From the IMG/VR virus record IMGVR_UViG_3300029823_000001, positions 1 through 50,473 of that record: 50,473 nucleotides of DNA. One strand, written 5' to 3'. The notes under the pieces were generated by a model. The model was not told the origin of the DNA. It saw only the letters and a list, made by a program, of their open reading frames with translations, and searched no databases. Position 1 is the first letter of the stretch. Every line of letters begins with the position of its first letter. Made by a program: the position numbers and the translations under genes. Below, piece by piece: positions 19,663 through 28,222 of this stretch. The stretch is from a virus. Its lineage: Duplodnaviria > Caudoviricetes.

Positions 19663-20778
19663 ATGAATATGATTAACGTAGAAGATATATTTGAAGCCTA
19701 TTACGCTTGCTTAAAAAATAAGCGTGGCACTGAAAGCGCAGTAAAGTTTGAGATGAACTACATCAATAACTGCATTTCGCTTTTCAGAGACCTTTCCGAC
19801 CGTACATATAAGCCAAGCGCATCCATCGCTTTTATCGTCACCAAACCGAGGAAGAGGGAGATATTTGCTGCGAATTTCAGGGATAGGGTTCTCCATCACC
19901 TTGTAGATTTGAAGCTACGTCCGCTCATTGAAAAAGAATTGATTGATAGGACATTCAACAATAGGGTGGGCAAGGGTACATCTGGGTGTGTGGCGCAGCT
20001 AAAAAATGACCTTGAGGATTGCACCCCGACCGATTGGATATGCAAGATGGACATGAAGGGGTTTTTTATGTCGTTAAGCAAAAGCCTTATCATCTCTATG
20101 GTTCACAAATTTATTGATGACAAGTATATCGGGGAGGACAAGGATGATTTGAAGTGGCTCGTAGAGGTGCTTATTTCAGACTGCCCAGAGAAGCATTGCA
20201 ACCTTCGGTCACCTGTTGAGATGTGGGCAGACCTTAATAAAAATAAGAGCCTGTTCACGGTCGATGATGATTTGGGCATTCCAATCGGGAATTTAATATC
20301 CCAGCTTTTTGCCAACTTCTACCTGAATGAATTTGACCATTATGTGCATGGGGAATTAGGCTTTAGCAGGTACGGCAGATATGTAGATGATTTCTACATC
20401 ATTTGGGAGAAAGAGAAGATATTGAATGCAATCCCCCTGATTAGGGAGAAGCTAAAAGAGGTTGGAGTCACCCTTCATCCATACAAGTTTTATTTGCAGC
20501 ACGCAAGTAAGGGGTGTGAGATGGTGGGTGCTGTTGTCAAGAAAAACAGAATCTATGTCCACAACAGGACGGTAAATAATGCCTTTAGGAAGATAGAGAG
20601 AATGACGTCGCATAAGAGGAGGGCGACAGACAAAGACCTTGCCTCTATTAATTCTTACTTGGGCTTTATGGCGATCTATAATTCGTACAATATAAGAAGG
20701 CGGCTTGCTATCAAAGCCATGAGGCTTGACGGTTTTACCGCACCGAATAGCTACAAGAAAATGAAACTTTCTAAATAA
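19663..20778 (+). CDS. DGR reverse transcriptase (start may be 19606, 19663 or 19669)
   Basis: KPRKREIFAANFRDRVLHH, KMDMKGFF, GIPIGNLISQLFANFYL (DGR SQ motif), RYVDD. Confidence 0.96.
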   Translation: MNMINVEDIFEAYYACLKNKRGTESAVKFEMNYINNCISLFRDLSDRTYKPSASIAFIVTKPRKREIFAANFRDRVLHHLVDLKLRPLIEKELIDRTFNNRVGKGTSGCVAQLKNDLEDCTPTDWICKMDMKGFFMSLSKSLIISMVHKFIDDKYIGEDKDDLKWLVEVLISDCPEKHCNLRSPVEMWADLNKNKSLFTVDDDLGIPIGNLISQLFANFYLNEFDHYVHGELGFSRYGRYVDDFYIIWEKEKILNAIPLIREKLKEVGVTLHPYKFYLQHASKGCEMVGAVVKKNRIYVHNRTVNNAFRKIERMTSHKRRATDKDLASINSYLGFMAIYNSYNIRRRLAIKAMRLDGFTAPNSYKKMKLSK

Positions 20779-20785
20779 TACAACT

Positions 20786-21013
20786 ATGAAAGAGATAAAC
20801 AAAAAGTACGCAGAAATAAATGATTTAAAAGCTTTATTAGCAAGCACCGACTATCAAGTAATTAAAGAAGCCGAGGGTGGATACTCGGTGCCACAGGAGA
20901 TAATCGACGAGCGTCAAGATGCAAGGGCTCGAATAAATATACTTGAAGCAGAAATTGAGCAGCTGGAATCTGAGGAGAATACAGCAGTAGTGGTTGAGGA
21001 ATGGCTCAATTAG
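20786..21013 (+). CDS. Small tail-associated hypothetical protein
   Basis: LASTDYQVIK..E...RQ.AR..IN motif common beside phage fibre genes. Confidence 0.6.
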   Translation: MKEINKKYAEINDLKALLASTDYQVIKEAEGGYSVPQEIIDERQDARARINILEAEIEQLESEENTAVVVEEWLN

Positions 21014-21046
21014 GCGACGATTTGAACATTTTGAACGAAAATTGAC

Positions 21047-23866
21047 ATGACAGTAAGGGCGTTTGACATAACATTCAAGGACGAGGCGGTTCAGACCGTG
21101 AACCTGAAAGCCGGAACGTGGACTTTCCATGCCTTCGTGAACGCTTTAACCTATTCAATCGGGTTGAAGGATTCAACTGGCGTATGGCACAACTACGACC
21201 TTTCAGACCAGACTGGAGCTGGATGGTACGACGTTCAGGAGACGATAACGACCGACTTTGATGCGGTTGAAATATCTCTCCTGAACAACGTAGGAACCGC
21301 CCAGGTGTTGTTCCCTATGTTCGAGAAAGGCTCGAGAAAGAGCGTCAAGAGACCGCACGAAAAGGATATAGAGGAGGCGGCGATCATCAAGTCGGCAAGC
21401 TGGGAAATACACACTTCATCTCCAGTTATCTACAAGGACGCACCCGATTTGACCACCGACGGAGCACACACGCCCGTAACGGTCACGGGAAGGCACTGGG
21501 TAGGTTCTGTAATGACGGAAGAAGGATTCCTCACCGTGACGGCAAACGACGAAACAGAGGCTGCAAATGCGTCTCCATCACCCGTTACAATCGCTCCTTT
21601 AAACAGCGCAGACAAGCACACCTACACGATAAGACTCTACGTCGATGCGAACAAGACCGAACTGCTGGACTACGAGACGATTCCGGTGGTTTTCAAGGGT
21701 GCGAAGGGGATAAGTGCGATAAGGCTGCACATAAATAACCCCGTAGACGTTCTTCCGGCCGATTCGGACGGGAACGTTCTGTCATTCACAGGAACTGGAA
21801 CAAGCATTCACGTATTCGAGGGAGCTGTTGAGTTGGATTACGACGGTATAGGAACGGCAAACGGAAAATTCAAGGTAACTGCAGTGCCTTCTAATATCAC
21901 GATGGGTGCAATAACCGACGGTGGGAATATCTGCGTCGTGGCAGATGCAACGGCAATGGCCGCGGACAAGGCCTCGATAGTCTACACGGTTACCGGAAAG
22001 ACCTTGGACGGGTTCGACTTTACCGTTTCTGGAGAGCAGAACTTCACCAAGACCAAGATGGGTCAGGACGGAGAGGGTATACTGTCGGTCATAGACTACT
22101 ACGGATTGAGCACGAGCGCAAGCGTTCTTCCTTCCACGTGGTACACGACCGTACCTTCAAAGGCTGCAAACGAATTTCTGTGGAGTTACGAGAGGATAAT
22201 CTACACCGACACGACCTACGACGAAACGCAGAAGAGGATAATTCAAGGCAAGGATGCGAAGGGCATAATCTCCATCTCCAACGCTTACGGGTATTCGACC
22301 GACGATGTGACGCCGCCGAGCGTGTGGTACACCCTTTCAAGCCTTCCGGCAAAGCAGCCCGGTCAGGTTCTGTGGGTCAGGGAGGATATAGAATATTCTG
22401 ACGGATCATCCAACGCCACGATAGGATATCCGGTCAGGGACGGCGAACCGGGATTGCCCGGCGAGGACGGGGACGGAATAACATCGACTACAATCGAATA
22501 TGCCAAGGATGCAAGCGGCACGATACCGCCGAATAGCGGATGGAGCACTTCACTTCCATCACCCACGTTGGGTTGGTATCTGTGGACAAGGACAACTACT
22601 ACATACAGGGTGGCAGCCCCGACTGTCGCCTATTCGGTGTCGAGATACGCGGAGGACGGACTGCCGGGAGATCCTGGGACTGGCGTTGACGGGCTTAGAA
22701 CCGAATACTACCTATCCACCTCGAGCACGACACAGACGGGTGGAACGTGGCAGACGACCGTACCCGTATGGGTAGCCGGAACGTACATCTGGGAGAGGAT
22801 CGTCACGGTGATGAGCGACCTCACGGAGATATTCGGAAGCCCGTATCTCTCGAGGACATGGGAGACGATAAACCAGCTGCAGGCAGACATCATTGAAGAG
22901 CAGGCAAAGACGCAATTCCAGACAACGATCGATGGCGGGCTTATCTACACTGCTTTGATGAAGCTGTTCAATCCTTCAAGCGGATCGGAGACGGCGGGAA
23001 TAAGCGGTAATAATGAAACCGCAACGAATCCGGCTTTTTATGCGGGCGGCACGCATGGGGAAGCATTATCCGGAACGGCGAAGGCCATAATAAGGCATGA
23101 TGGAACGGTGAAGTTTACCAGTGCCGAAATAACAGGAACGGTCAACGCCATATCCGGCACATTTAACAATGTGATATTCCAGAGCGGATATATTGGAGGG
23201 TTCAGGGTGTCTGGTACGGGTCTTACCAATGGTCCTGACTTTAACAATGACGCTTATATAATTTTCAGGAATGACGAAAATAAGACATTTGCCGGAATCG
23301 GGGGAAACATACTTCCTTCTTCTTCCGGATTGACCGCTGTTGCAAGATTTGAAAACGGCGCAACAAACAACTTCTACGGGTCGACTAATTACGGGGTTAT
23401 AATCGAGGCATCCGGAGCGTCAAGGAATATCGGCATCAGCCTTGTTGGCGACATAGTGATGAAGGGAGCCCTCGTGTCGATAGAGCCGACCTTCCAGTCA
23501 ATGGGATATACGGATTCCATAATATTGAACATAAGCAAGTATAGAAGATTTTTATTCACCCCGGGCACCTCGCAATATCTTAGCGTCGATCTTCCATCCA
23601 GTTCGCAGATAGTTAACGCATTCGGCTCCTACAAGCTTCCCTCCTACTGGAATATAGAAATAGAGATAGAGGTTGCGTGGAACGCTTCTGGGTCAATAGC
23701 GCTAAGGGGGTCTTCTGGTAGCATATTCGTTAATAACAATGGCGACGTCGTGAATTATCAGGATACATACGCTTACGGGATTATAAAAATGGATAAGGGA
23801 GACGCGGTCACCGTCCGGTATAATTCATATCACGGCAGGTGGCAATTAATCAATCACAGTTACTGA
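21047..23866 (+). CDS. Tail fibre / host-specificity protein
   Basis: 939 aa, Thr/Ser/Gly-rich; four G.DG..I...Y...P..W...P....LW.R repeats; ITGTVNAISG..GGF beta-helix-like region. Confidence 0.8.
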   Translation: MTVRAFDITFKDEAVQTVNLKAGTWTFHAFVNALTYSIGLKDSTGVWHNYDLSDQTGAGWYDVQETITTDFDAVEISLLNNVGTAQVLFPMFEKGSRKSVKRPHEKDIEEAAIIKSASWEIHTSSPVIYKDAPDLTTDGAHTPVTVTGRHWVGSVMTEEGFLTVTANDETEAANASPSPVTIAPLNSADKHTYTIRLYVDANKTELLDYETIPVVFKGAKGISAIRLHINNPVDVLPADSDGNVLSFTGTGTSIHVFEGAVELDYDGIGTANGKFKVTAVPSNITMGAITDGGNICVVADATAMAADKASIVYTVTGKTLDGFDFTVSGEQNFTKTKMGQDGEGILSVIDYYGLSTSASVLPSTWYTTVPSKAANEFLWSYERIIYTDTTYDETQKRIIQGKDAKGIISISNAYGYSTDDVTPPSVWYTLSSLPAKQPGQVLWVREDIEYSDGSSNATIGYPVRDGEPGLPGEDGDGITSTTIEYAKDASGTIPPNSGWSTSLPSPTLGWYLWTRTTTTYRVAAPTVAYSVSRYAEDGLPGDPGTGVDGLRTEYYLSTSSTTQTGGTWQTTVPVWVAGTYIWERIVTVMSDLTEIFGSPYLSRTWETINQLQADIIEEQAKTQFQTTIDGGLIYTALMKLFNPSSGSETAGISGNNETATNPAFYAGGTHGEALSGTAKAIIRHDGTVKFTSAEITGTVNAISGTFNNVIFQSGYIGGFRVSGTGLTNGPDFNNDAYIIFRNDENKTFAGIGGNILPSSSGLTAVARFENGATNNFYGSTNYGVIIEASGASRNIGISLVGDIVMKGALVSIEPTFQSMGYTDSIILNISKYRRFLFTPGTSQYLSVDLPSSSQIVNAFGSYKLPSYWNIEIEIEVAWNASGSIALRGSSGSIFVNNNGDVVNYQDTYAYGIIKMDKGDAVTVRYNSYHGRWQLINHSY

Positions 23867-23867
23867 C

Positions 23868-24140
23868 ATGAAAACGATCAATTTCACAAAATTTCCCCTT
23901 CTCGACAGGGGCGGCACAGTCACCGAAATGGACATCGCAAAAGGCTTTTTCGATATTGCATTCAGGAATGCGACATCGAGGGATGACATTGTATTCAATC
24001 TCTCCCTGAAAGAGGATGCGGATATAGAGCTGACCGATCAGGCAATAGAATACTTCAGAAAATATCTGGCGATGATAGACCCGAAAACATACCTGTATTC
24101 ATTTGAAAAGTTTGTCGAATGTAAACTACCACCAGCATAG
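23868..24140 (+). CDS. Small tail-associated protein whose last codons come from the IS right end
   Basis: MKTINFTKF; the C-terminal CKLPPA* overlaps the IS end hairpin. Confidence 0.6.
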   Translation: MKTINFTKFPLLDRGGTVTEMDIAKGFFDIAFRNATSRDDIVFNLSLKEDADIELTDQAIEYFRKYLAMIDPKTYLYSFEKFVECKLPPA

Positions 24141-24155
24141 CAGGTGGCTTTAAAC

Positions 24156-25238
24156 CTAAGCAGTATGCAAGAGGCAATACATACCCGATTTTTCAGGCTG
24201 ATTTACGGCAGCCCCAAGCGTAGCGATATTTTTAGCGGCATTAAAATCGGCATCCATATCGTTTCCGCAGTTTGTACACGTGAAAGACTTGTTTTTTCGT
24301 GTGCCAATACTGTGGCAAACACTACAAGTCTGGGAAGTGTATGCAGGTTCAACAACAACAAACTTAACGCCGTTCAATCGTGCCTTGTAATCGATAAAGG
24401 AGCGAAGTTGCCCGAAAGACCAGCGACCAAGTTTTACCTTAAACTTTTTGTTTCTACGTTTAGAAGTAAATCGGATATTAGTAAGGTCTTCAATCGCAAT
24501 TCCTTTACCCTGTTCTTTAGCAGACTTTACAATGCTTTTTGCGATAGTGTGATTGATTATGGTAGCTGTTGTCCTTTCCTTGCCAGAGAGCCGTTTCAGA
24601 AGTCTTTTGGAGCTTCTCGTGCCTTTGCGTTGAATAGAACTACGAACCTTTTGCCGATGTTCACGGTATTTGTTAAGCCCATCAGCAGAATGCTTAACGC
24701 CGTCAGAGGTAACAACTATATCGGTGAGCCCAAAATCTACACCGATGAATTCCTCTATATCCTCAACATCCTCTTCGGGAACTTCTACGGTTTGAAAAAG
24801 ATAGAATTTGCCCTTTTTGTAAACCAAATCAGCCTCGCCCTTAATATAGGGCAAGTATTTAGGATTATGGCAAACAAAAGGCATCTTCAATCTTCCACCG
24901 ATAGCCCAGATAGATACGGAGGAGTCTTTATAAGTGAGTATTCTGCTATCATAGGTAATTGCGCCAAGTGGTCTGAAAAACCTTTGCGTTTTCTTATCCA
25001 ATTTATAAGCATCCGCAACCTTGCTTATGCAGCGCACAAGCATTTGAGCGGAGAGACCAAAAGAAGACTTGAATCCGTGATAACAAAGGCCATGAATTTT
25101 GAACTGGTTAAAAACTTTATTCTCCCACGCTATTTCAGAAATAGCATCACAAACGGCGTTCGCCTCTTTCATTGTCGAAAGGATCAAATCCGCCTGTTCG
25201 TCGGTAGGCAAAAGTTTTATTTTCAGCGTCAATTTCAT
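24156..25238 (-). CDS. tnpB: TnpB RNA-guided endonuclease
   Basis: RuvC I GVDFG, RuvC II IAIEDL, Zn ribbon CSVC...CTNC, RuvC III DADFNAAKNI; all three catalytic acids present. Confidence 0.96.
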   Translation of the reverse strand: MKLTLKIKLLPTDEQADLILSTMKEANAVCDAISEIAWENKVFNQFKIHGLCYHGFKSSFGLSAQMLVRCISKVADAYKLDKKTQRFFRPLGAITYDSRILTYKDSSVSIWAIGGRLKMPFVCHNPKYLPYIKGEADLVYKKGKFYLFQTVEVPEEDVEDIEEFIGVDFGLTDIVVTSDGVKHSADGLNKYREHRQKVRSSIQRKGTRSSKRLLKRLSGKERTTATIINHTIAKSIVKSAKEQGKGIAIEDLTNIRFTSKRRNKKFKVKLGRWSFGQLRSFIDYKARLNGVKFVVVEPAYTSQTCSVCHSIGTRKNKSFTCTNCGNDMDADFNAAKNIATLGAAVNQPEKSGMYCLLHTA

Positions 25239-25242
25239 AACT

Positions 25243-25274
25243 CAAATATACTTCAAATAATTGAATTATGCAAG
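25243..25274 (-). promoter_or_regulatory. Bacteroidota-type promoter for tnpB (CTTG-N20-TATATTTG), probably near-leaderless
   Basis: The -7 element ends 4 nt before the tnpB ATG. Confidence 0.6.
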
Positions 25275-25346
25275 TGATTAATAATAAAGTTATAAACATG
25301 AAACCTTGCACTAAAGTGCATAGTATCAGACTAACGGACTAAAATA

Positions 25347-25532
25347 ATGAAGCTATACATAAGATTCGGGAGTTTAGCAAGGTTTCAGGACTTGTACGAT
25401 TCGAGCGAATACCTACAAAAGGTGCTTTCACAGACAAGGTCGAACATCTATTTTATTGAGACGGACGACACGAGCGAGATAGAAAGGCTGCTGAAAGGAA
25501 GGAGTATTAAATTTGACATAAGCGACAAATAA
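25347..25532 (+). CDS. Hypothetical protein
   Basis: 61-aa ORF with TAATG coupling to the next gene. Confidence 0.55.
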   Translation: MKLYIRFGSLARFQDLYDSSEYLQKVLSQTRSNIYFIETDDTSEIERLLKGRSIKFDISDK

Positions 25533-25972
25533 TGGGATGGGAAGTAATTATTTCGGCACTGGCCGGACTGCTCACGGGTGGAGGGGTATCATGGCTATTC
25601 AAGATCAAGGAGGACAAGGCTGGCTCTAAAGCGGATGTAGTGGATTCTTCCACCGATGCGATGAACAAGATGATGGAGCTGATCGGCTCACAACAGGACA
25701 GGTTCAACAAGATCATCGAGGGAAAGGACAAGCTGATCGAACAACAGCAGGGTTTAATTGACGGGTATAAAACAGCGCTGGAGGAAGCAAACCAGAAACT
25801 TAAAACTCTCGAATTCAAGGTTGGAGAGAACGACAGGAAGATCAGCGGAATGCAGAAGACAATCGACAACGAAATTAAAGAGCGCAGGATTGCGGAAAAC
25901 AACATCTGTTTCGTTACGGATTGCAAGTTGAGGCGGCCACCGATCGGAACATATAAAAAGGAAACGGCATGA
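25532..25972 (+). CDS. Holin-like membrane protein
   Basis: One N-terminal hydrophobic helix plus coiled coil; directly before the endolysin. Confidence 0.55.
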   Translation: MGWEVIISALAGLLTGGGVSWLFKIKEDKAGSKADVVDSSTDAMNKMMELIGSQQDRFNKIIEGKDKLIEQQQGLIDGYKTALEEANQKLKTLEFKVGENDRKISGMQKTIDNEIKERRIAENNICFVTDCKLRRPPIGTYKKETA

Positions 25973-26484
25973 CAAACGAACAACTAAGACAGATTGCCAC
26001 ATACGCAACACTTGTAAACATCAACACGTATGCACCTCTTTTGAACCGCTACATGCATAACTACAACATTTGCGGAAAGTTAAGAGAGGCGGCATTTCTC
26101 GCAACGGTAATCCACGAAAGCGGAAGTTTCAGGTACACGAAAGAGATTGCATCTGGAAAGGCGTATGAGTGGAGGAAAGACCTGGGAAACGTACAGGCCG
26201 GGGACGGGGTAAGATTCAAGGGTAGAGGACTGATTCAACTAACAGGAAGAACAAACTACACTTTAGCCTCGAATGCTTTGGGTGTTGACTTCGTTAGCAG
26301 ACCGGAGCTGATAGAACAACCTGACTTCGCAACGATGGTTTCCTGTTGGTGGTGGAACATGAAAGGGCTGAACGAAGTTTCCGACACCGGAGACTTCAGG
26401 AAAGTTACGAGAATTGTAAACGGAGGGTACAACGGTTTTTCAGACCGTGAATTCTGGTATAAGAAAGCACTTGAGACATTATGA
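25969..26484 (+). CDS. Endolysin, glycoside hydrolase family 19
   Basis: HESG, FKGRGLIQLTGRTNY, VTRIVNGGYNG..DR. Confidence 0.93.
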   Translation: MTNEQLRQIATYATLVNINTYAPLLNRYMHNYNICGKLREAAFLATVIHESGSFRYTKEIASGKAYEWRKDLGNVQAGDGVRFKGRGLIQLTGRTNYTLASNALGVDFVSRPELIEQPDFATMVSCWWWNMKGLNEVSDTGDFRKVTRIVNGGYNGFSDREFWYKKALETL

Positions 26485-26494
26485 AAAGAATATT

Positions 26495-27085
26495 ATGGAC
26501 AATAAATTATTACGTGAAAAAATACGGCTTGTTTGGACGGTAATTCTGGTAGCAACTATCGCTATCCTCCTATTGACCGGATGCAAGCCTAAGCAGATCA
26601 TTCAGGAGCGCACCATAACGAAAGTTGACAGCACGGCGATTGTTTCTCTTAAAAGTGAGTTGCAGAAAAAGACCATCGAAGTCGAAACGCTTAAAACCGA
26701 TTTAGAGCGATTTAGAGAGGAGAATATAAAGCTGCGGAGCGAAGTATCGCAACACGAAATAAACTACGACACGAACGCCCCATTAAAGCCTGACGGCACT
26801 TATCCGATAGCGAGTGAGACAAAAACGGAAAGCAAGACCGAATATGAGCAGACTAAAAAAGAGTATTTAAAAATCATAGACGAACTGAAAAAGGAAGTTC
26901 AGGAGGTAACGACTAAAAACATAAATCTGGATCAGGAAGTAAAAAAAATAACGGAAGAAAATAAAGAGCTTAAAAGTAAAACCACACCAACGACCGGGTT
27001 CAATTTCAGGTTATTCGGCTGGGGAGTCTTGACAGGGGTAATACTGGTTATCCTTGCAGTAGTAATCAAAATTAGAATATCATGA
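26495..27085 (+). CDS. Unimolecular spanin-like lipoprotein
   Basis: Signal peptide with lipobox LTGC (Cys30), coiled coil, C-terminal TM helix; follows the endolysin. Confidence 0.7.
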   Translation: MDNKLLREKIRLVWTVILVATIAILLLTGCKPKQIIQERTITKVDSTAIVSLKSELQKKTIEVETLKTDLERFREENIKLRSEVSQHEINYDTNAPLKPDGTYPIASETKTESKTEYEQTKKEYLKIIDELKKEVQEVTTKNINLDQEVKKITEENKELKSKTTPTTGFNFRLFGWGVLTGVILVILAVVIKIRIS

Positions 27086-28101
27086 CAAAAACGGATCATG
27101 CGAGAGAGATTGTTCAAAGGTATATAGGCATAGCTATCAGGGTTAATAAGGAAAATGAAGAAAAGGGAATAGACAAAAAAGTAAGTTACTCGAAAAGGTT
27201 CATAGCAACAGTCCTTCATGGGGAGCATCCAGACCTCTTCATCGACGTGGAGGATGCAAGAAGGTTTATCAGGAGGGTTACGGGAGCAAACGGGATGGTC
27301 TTAAAAAAGGACGAACAGCTGATAAACGATTTTGCATTACTCGAAAACCCTATTGTCGAGTGCGAATTAAAACCTTTCGTCGTTCCGAGACAGTATAAAA
27401 GGGCTTTCATCATCAACGATATTCACTCCAAATTTCACGACAGAAAAGCACTTGAGGTTGCGGTCAATCACGCTTCTAAACAAAACTGCGACATTGTCAT
27501 TATCAATGGAGACCTTTTCGATTTTTATCAGTTCTCGAGATTCGACAAGAACAATAGGATCAGATCAGAATTCTTTTCCGAAAGGGAATGGGTGCAGGAC
27601 TTTCTTCTTCTTCTTCAAAATACATTCGGAAAGGTTATTTTCAAAAAGGGGAATCACGACCTCAGAAGGGAGCAGTTTATCCAGAAACTTTCCGGAGACA
27701 TGCCGGAATTGCAGGGATTGGAAAGTATATCCGATTATGTGATGTTCGACGGCTCGACCGTAGAGGTGGTGGAGGACTACAACATCATAGAATTCGGGAA
27801 ATTGAACCTGATACACGGGCACGAATATCAGGGCGGCGGTGGAATACACGTTGCGTATAATAGACTGAACAAGGCGATGGACAACATAATGAGCGGACAC
27901 TCACACGTTACACAGTCCAACATGAAGAAGACCATTACGGGGAAGTATTACGGTTCATGGGCGGTGGGGTGTCTTTGTTCCTTATCGGCCCGCTACAACC
28001 CTCAAAATAACTGGAACCACGGCTTTGCAATAGTGGAAAGGGAGGATTCTGGAGATTTTATCGTAAACAACAGAAGGATAATCGACGGGAGGATATTCTA
28101 A
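27082..28101 (+). CDS. Calcineurin-like metallophosphoesterase
   Basis: DIH, GDLFD, GNHD, HGH, GHSH motifs. Confidence 0.9.
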   Translation: MTKTDHAREIVQRYIGIAIRVNKENEEKGIDKKVSYSKRFIATVLHGEHPDLFIDVEDARRFIRRVTGANGMVLKKDEQLINDFALLENPIVECELKPFVVPRQYKRAFIINDIHSKFHDRKALEVAVNHASKQNCDIVIINGDLFDFYQFSRFDKNNRIRSEFFSEREWVQDFLLLLQNTFGKVIFKKGNHDLRREQFIQKLSGDMPELQGLESISDYVMFDGSTVEVVEDYNIIEFGKLNLIHGHEYQGGGGIHVAYNRLNKAMDNIMSGHSHVTQSNMKKTITGKYYGSWAVGCLCSLSARYNPQNNWNHGFAIVEREDSGDFIVNNRRIIDGRIF

Positions 28102-28113
28102 AAAAGGCGGGGA

Positions 28114-28164
28114 TGTTACTCCCTTTTCGTCCATTAATTTCTGTAACCTGTCTTTGAATTCCAT
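28114..28164 (-). pseudogene. Truncated XRE/CI-like repressor remnant (MEFKDRLQKLMDEKGVT)
   Basis: Typical helix 1 of an XRE HTH; divergent from the early promoters; breaks off at a terminator hairpin. Confidence 0.55.
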
Positions 28165-28190
28165 TTTGTTGATAACTTTTAATTGTTTTG

Positions 28191-28222
28191 GTTGCATATG
28201 CAAGTTTAATTGCATATATTTG
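28191..28222 (+). promoter_or_regulatory. Bacteroidota-type promoter (GTTG-N20-TATATTTG) overlapping the palindrome TTGCATATGCAA
   Basis: -7 element at 28215-28222; palindrome at 28192-28203. Confidence 0.6.

Larger units (their letters stand above)
24121..25276 (-). mobile_element. IS200/IS605-family tnpB-only (IS1341-like) element
   Basis: tnpB plus right end AAAGCCACCTGCTATGCTGGTGGTAGTTTAC on the minus strand (hairpin 24129-24147); left boundary approximate; no tnpA. Confidence 0.8.

Noticed and set aside
19449-19676. 75-aa ORF over the avd-TR spacer and TR
   Set aside because: TTG start, overlaps avd, the TR and the RT start; the region is better explained as the DGR template RNA.
19663-20778. 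RT as a group II intron, retron or Abi RT
   Set aside because: The SQ motif, adjacent avd, TR/VR pair and lack of maturase/endonuclease domains identify a DGR RT.
24351-24363. AACAACAACAAAC as a possible pristine DGR template
   Set aside because: It is the reverse complement of Val/Phe codons in tnpB, and its flanks do not match the VR.
24144-25277. 377-aa plus-strand ORF spanning almost exactly the IS
   Set aside because: Antisense shadow of tnpB with no recognisable motifs and a GTG start inside the end hairpin; long antisense ORFs are common opposite tnpB.
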